DNA of 11,354 nucleotides from Azolla caroliniana (taxonomy: Eukaryota; Plantae; Polypodiophyta), in contig JBHGNT010001163.1 of NCBI GenBank assembly GCA_043228905.1, positions 1-11,354 of the forward strand, given 5' to 3'. Positions 8,768-11,354 of this stretch are shown here, piece by piece. The position numbers and the translations under genes were made by a program. The notes under the pieces were generated by a model. It made no database searches. It worked only from the letters and a program-made list of their open reading frames with translations, and was not told the origin of the DNA. Numbering within the stretch: the stretch's first letter is position 1; each line of letters opens with the position of its first letter.

Positions 8768-8951
8768 GTAAGTTCTGCTTCTTCTTTCTTCCCTTGTAAT
8801 ATACAGGTTTTCATATTGCAGAGAGAAATCTCCTATGGCGTTTGCACCTAGAAATCTCTTATGTCTCTTGCACAGACAAATCTAATAAATGCTTAAGTAA
8901 CTAAGTGCATATTTGGCCCTAAAGTTGCTCTGTTCTGTAGATATTTATCAG
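8768..8951 (+). other. Leader/first intron of the kinase gene (3' end ambiguous: 8940, 8951 or 8970)
   Basis: Consensus donor ATG|GTAAGT at 8768, U/C-rich body, CTAA branch-like motifs at 8901 and 8919, three YAG acceptors before ATG 8976. Confidence 0.6.
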
Positions 8952-8975
8952 GACATTAGGGTTTCTACAGCTTCC

Positions 8976-9136
8976 ATGGAATCTGATGCGCAGCGACCGA
9001 CTGACTTGGCAAATGCGAAGAAGAGAGAGGTGTGCGAAAACATTATCACACGGCTACGGGATTCTTGTAGTGAAGCTCTTGATAGTGTCGGGTTTGTAGA
9101 TGATCTTCATGCTCATTTCCAACGTCTACCTTTAAG
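8976..9136 (+). CDS. STY-type kinase coding exon 1 (start could extend to 8952 using the upstream ATG at 8765-8767)
   Basis: tccATGG at 8976; encodes [53 protein letters not shown]; donor AG|GTATGT at 9137, phase 2. Confidence 0.85.
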
Positions 9137-11354
9137 GTATGTGGTTGTATATAAAAAATACCCAATTACTCTATATTTGGTATACTGTTGTTGTGTATTT
9201 TCAACAAAAACACATATGGGTATTGACGTGTCCTCAGCATTTGTATTAAAATCTGGTTAGAAACCATATATGGCTTGATGTGTTTTTTGACATTTGTATT
9301 GAACTGGAATCATATTGATGTTAATGTATTTTCATTTAATCTTTCTGAAATCATGGATCTACGTTGTTTTATTTTTATTCAAACTGGTTGAAATCCTCCT
9401 ATGAGTTTTGATGCGTTTATATTTTGTTTTAATCTCCTTGAAATTAGACGAGGCGAGAGATAGATAGATAGATTCTATTATTGTTTTCAGGAGGTCAAAT
9501 ATGACCTATGAGACCGAAAATATTACAGTTCAACCAAATACATGTGAAAGTGAGTAGCGACTCTCAATGTTCAAGAACTTTACCAATGGATGTTGCAATC
9601 GAGGGGGCAAATTGTGATTGTGAGAGAAATTCGTGCAAGGATTGGAATTTGGTTGAAGATGTGTGGAAAGCATAGTCAAATACGATCAAATGCAAAGCTT
9701 TTCAAAGTGTGATACTTAGTCTTTTGACCTTGTTTTGAGAGAGAGAGAGAGAGAGAATTTGATTAACATCCATGGAAGGTTGAACTTGAGCCATGGGATC
9801 AATAACATACAATGTTTGAGTACAATCCACTCTTGGTCTATGCAATCGGCACATACATAGAAAAAAGAAAAAGTAAAACAAAGAATGAAAGCAATGACAG
9901 TACAAAAAGTTATCATGTACAGTCATCCTTCATCCCCTTGAGATGTTTTGATTTTATCTATAACAGCCACATCATGACTTCATACTGCCTTTTTCATTGT
10001 TTTCTGGCTTTCTAGTTTTTTGCCAATTCTTCCTTTGTGTGCTTTGGTTGTGCTGTGAGCTCAAAAATGTTGGGCGATTTATTGCAGATATGCTTTGGAT
10101 GTGAATCTTGAAAGGGCTGAAGATGTTTTGGAGCACAAAAGACTACTGGAATTGGCAAGAACTTACAAAACGGGCCCTCCTTTTTTCCATATTAGATCTA
10201 TTCATGTAAGTTTAGGTTTAGCTTTACCACATATGTTGAACATGATGATATCAGCCTAAAAACCTTTTATTATTTATTGATGTTTCTGAATTTCATTTTC
10301 TCACTACTTCCAACCGGACTTTTAATTTTGCAAGGCTATTCCTAGATTCTTCATGATTGAGATTAGTGAGTTGAAAGGTTTGAAGGCAAAGAAAATTCCT
10401 TGGTTAGATCTCAGAAGAAGTATAGATTTTAAATTACAAAGAATTGAAGGGATGCAAGCCTTAGGCTTAAGCATGTACAATATAAAATTAGAAATGGAAA
10501 GCCTCTTCAGGAGGTAAAGCTTTTAAAACAATGAGAAAATTTCTAGAAATTTACGCTTGAAGCTTCTTATTGTTATTAAGGTATTGGCCTGGAAAAGTAT
10601 CAAGAAAAATGTCTTTTTGCTGAGTGATACTAAAGTAATCAGATATGCAATTTGAGTTTCAAGATATGAAGGTTCCTTTTACTTTATGGGTTTGTTGAAA
10701 ATAGGTTCTCCCCACTGGATTGGAAAATTCAGAAGCAAGTGACTCAAAAAATCCAAAGAAAAAACAAGAGGCTATTGCAAAGTTAAGGTATCAAGTCATC
10801 TTTGAAGTTTCTTGTTCTTTTATTTCATTCTTTATAGTCCTAATTTAATACCTCTAAGATTGAAGCTTCTTATGTCAGCATTCTTGCTCCTCCTTCATTT
10901 GGATCTTCTGTAAACTTAGAGGCATTGGCACTAGGGTTGAACAAATCATCAGGAGGTGATAATGACAAAGACATCAGTAGTGATGATGACTATTTATCCA
11001 GGTAAGATGTGCATATGTTATGTAGATTCAGCAATCATAGATAGTAATTCTGGCCTTGCATGTATCTGCATCCGTCAATTCTTATTACCACCGTCCACTT
11101 ACTAAATGTTTCCTTTTGTTGGATGACTAAGACATTATCCCATACACGAAGTTACCTTTTCAACTTCAGATAAACAAAAACTTCTTGGTGAGGTAAATTG
11201 TGTCACTGAAAGAGGGATTATGAATAATGCTTTGATTTATAAAATATTATTCTACAAACTGCAATATTTTACATCTGATATTATAGCATGTGGGATGTGC
11301 AGATATCATATGCCCTTTCGGAAGTGGGACTCAACATCCGTGAAGCTCATGTAT
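8976..11354 (+). CDS. STY8/17/46-like: ACT-domain Ser/Thr/Tyr protein kinase (Raf-like group C, STY8/STY17/STY46 family), 5' part; spliced CDS join(8976..9136,10088..10205,10705..10787,10879..11001,11132..11192,11303..>11354); kinase domain lies beyond the window
   Basis: Manual splicing at GT-AG sites gives one continuous frame: MESDAQ...[38 protein letters not shown]...-VLPT...[19 protein letters not shown]...[38 protein letters not shown]. This matches the family motifs LWxHFxRLPxRYALDVNxERAEDVL, PPxFGSSxNLE, PMHEITFSTxDKPKLL and LGLNIxEAHxFST (ACT domain). Confidence 0.93.
9211..9445. repeat. Degenerate tandem repeat (~53-80 bp units) in kinase intron 1
   Basis: CATTTGTATT at 9238 and 9291, each preceded by CAYATATGG..TTGAYGTGT; recurring CTGG...AAWC and TTTAATCT..TGAAAT blocks up to ~9445. 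Confidence 0.5.
9737..9756. repeat. (GA)10 microsatellite in kinase intron 1
   Basis: Directly read. Confidence 0.93.
10088..10205 (+). CDS. STY-type kinase coding exon 2
   Basis: Acceptor ATTGCAG|, encodes (R)[39 protein letters not shown], donor CAT|GTAAGT, phase 0. Confidence 0.93.
10705..10787 (+). CDS. STY-type kinase coding exon 3 (variable linker)
   Basis: Acceptor AATAG|, encodes [27 protein letters not shown], donor AG|GTATCA; phase 0 in, phase 2 out, exactly joining exons 2 and 4. Confidence 0.75.
10879..11001 (+). CDS. STY-type kinase coding exon 4
   Basis: Acceptor TATGTCAG|, encodes (S)[40 protein letters not shown], donor AG|GTAAGA, phase 2. Confidence 0.9.
11132..11192 (+). 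CDS. STY-type kinase coding exon 5 (ACT domain start)
   Basis: Acceptor GACTAAG| (AAG type), encodes (R)[20 protein letters not shown], donor GAG|GTAAAT, phase 0. Confidence 0.88.
11303..11354 (+). CDS. STY-type kinase coding exon 6 (ACT domain, runs off window)
   Basis: Acceptor GTGCAG|, encodes [17 protein letters not shown]..., matching LxxLLxExGLNIxEAHxF. Confidence 0.9.
   Translation, partial: MSYALSEVGLNIREAHV

Noticed and set aside
5173-8898. Exact 15-mer AATAAATGCTTAAGT at 5173 and 8884
   Set aside because: An AT-rich 15-mer match is plausible by chance in 11 kb and the similarity does not extend.
8913-9260. ORF-track 115-aa ORF as a standalone protein
   Set aside because: It is kinase exon 1 read from a TTG inside the upstream intron and run on into intron 1; family similarity stops at the GT donor at 9137.
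1-11354. CRISPR array, operon or prokaryotic defence system
   Set aside because: No regularly spaced repeat-spacer units; the DNA is eukaryotic with spliceosomal introns.

Overview
Land-plant nuclear DNA (spliceosomal introns, microsatellites, decayed retroelements); a fern or other non-angiosperm host is my guess from the LINE peptide, not something I can verify. Two divergently transcribed genes flank about 7 kb of repeat-rich intergenic DNA. The first is an intronless minus-strand zinc-ribbon + RING-H2 E3 ubiquitin ligase (BTL/RING1/RNF126-type, 289-1458). The second is the first six coding exons of a plus-strand ACT-domain Ser/Thr/Tyr (Raf-like group C, STY8/17/46-type) kinase (8976 to window end), which the ORF track mostly misses. 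Between them lie a 5'-truncated LINE with an intact CCHC knuckle, a long C-terminal frame extension, a 3' stem-loop and a (CTTT)n tail (3559-~4390, minus), a 75-nt tRNA-like cloverleaf with a perfect B-box just beyond the LINE tail, and faint Ty1/Copia remnants. The most interesting signals are candidate post-transcriptional controls on the kinase: a phase-matched open 179-nt cryptic exon, a 59-nt poison-type cassette, an ATG split from the CDS by an intron with three competing acceptors, and a uORF/hairpin built around a (CTT)9 repeat. All of these are sequence-based inferences that need transcript data. No prokaryotic system or CRISPR array is present.
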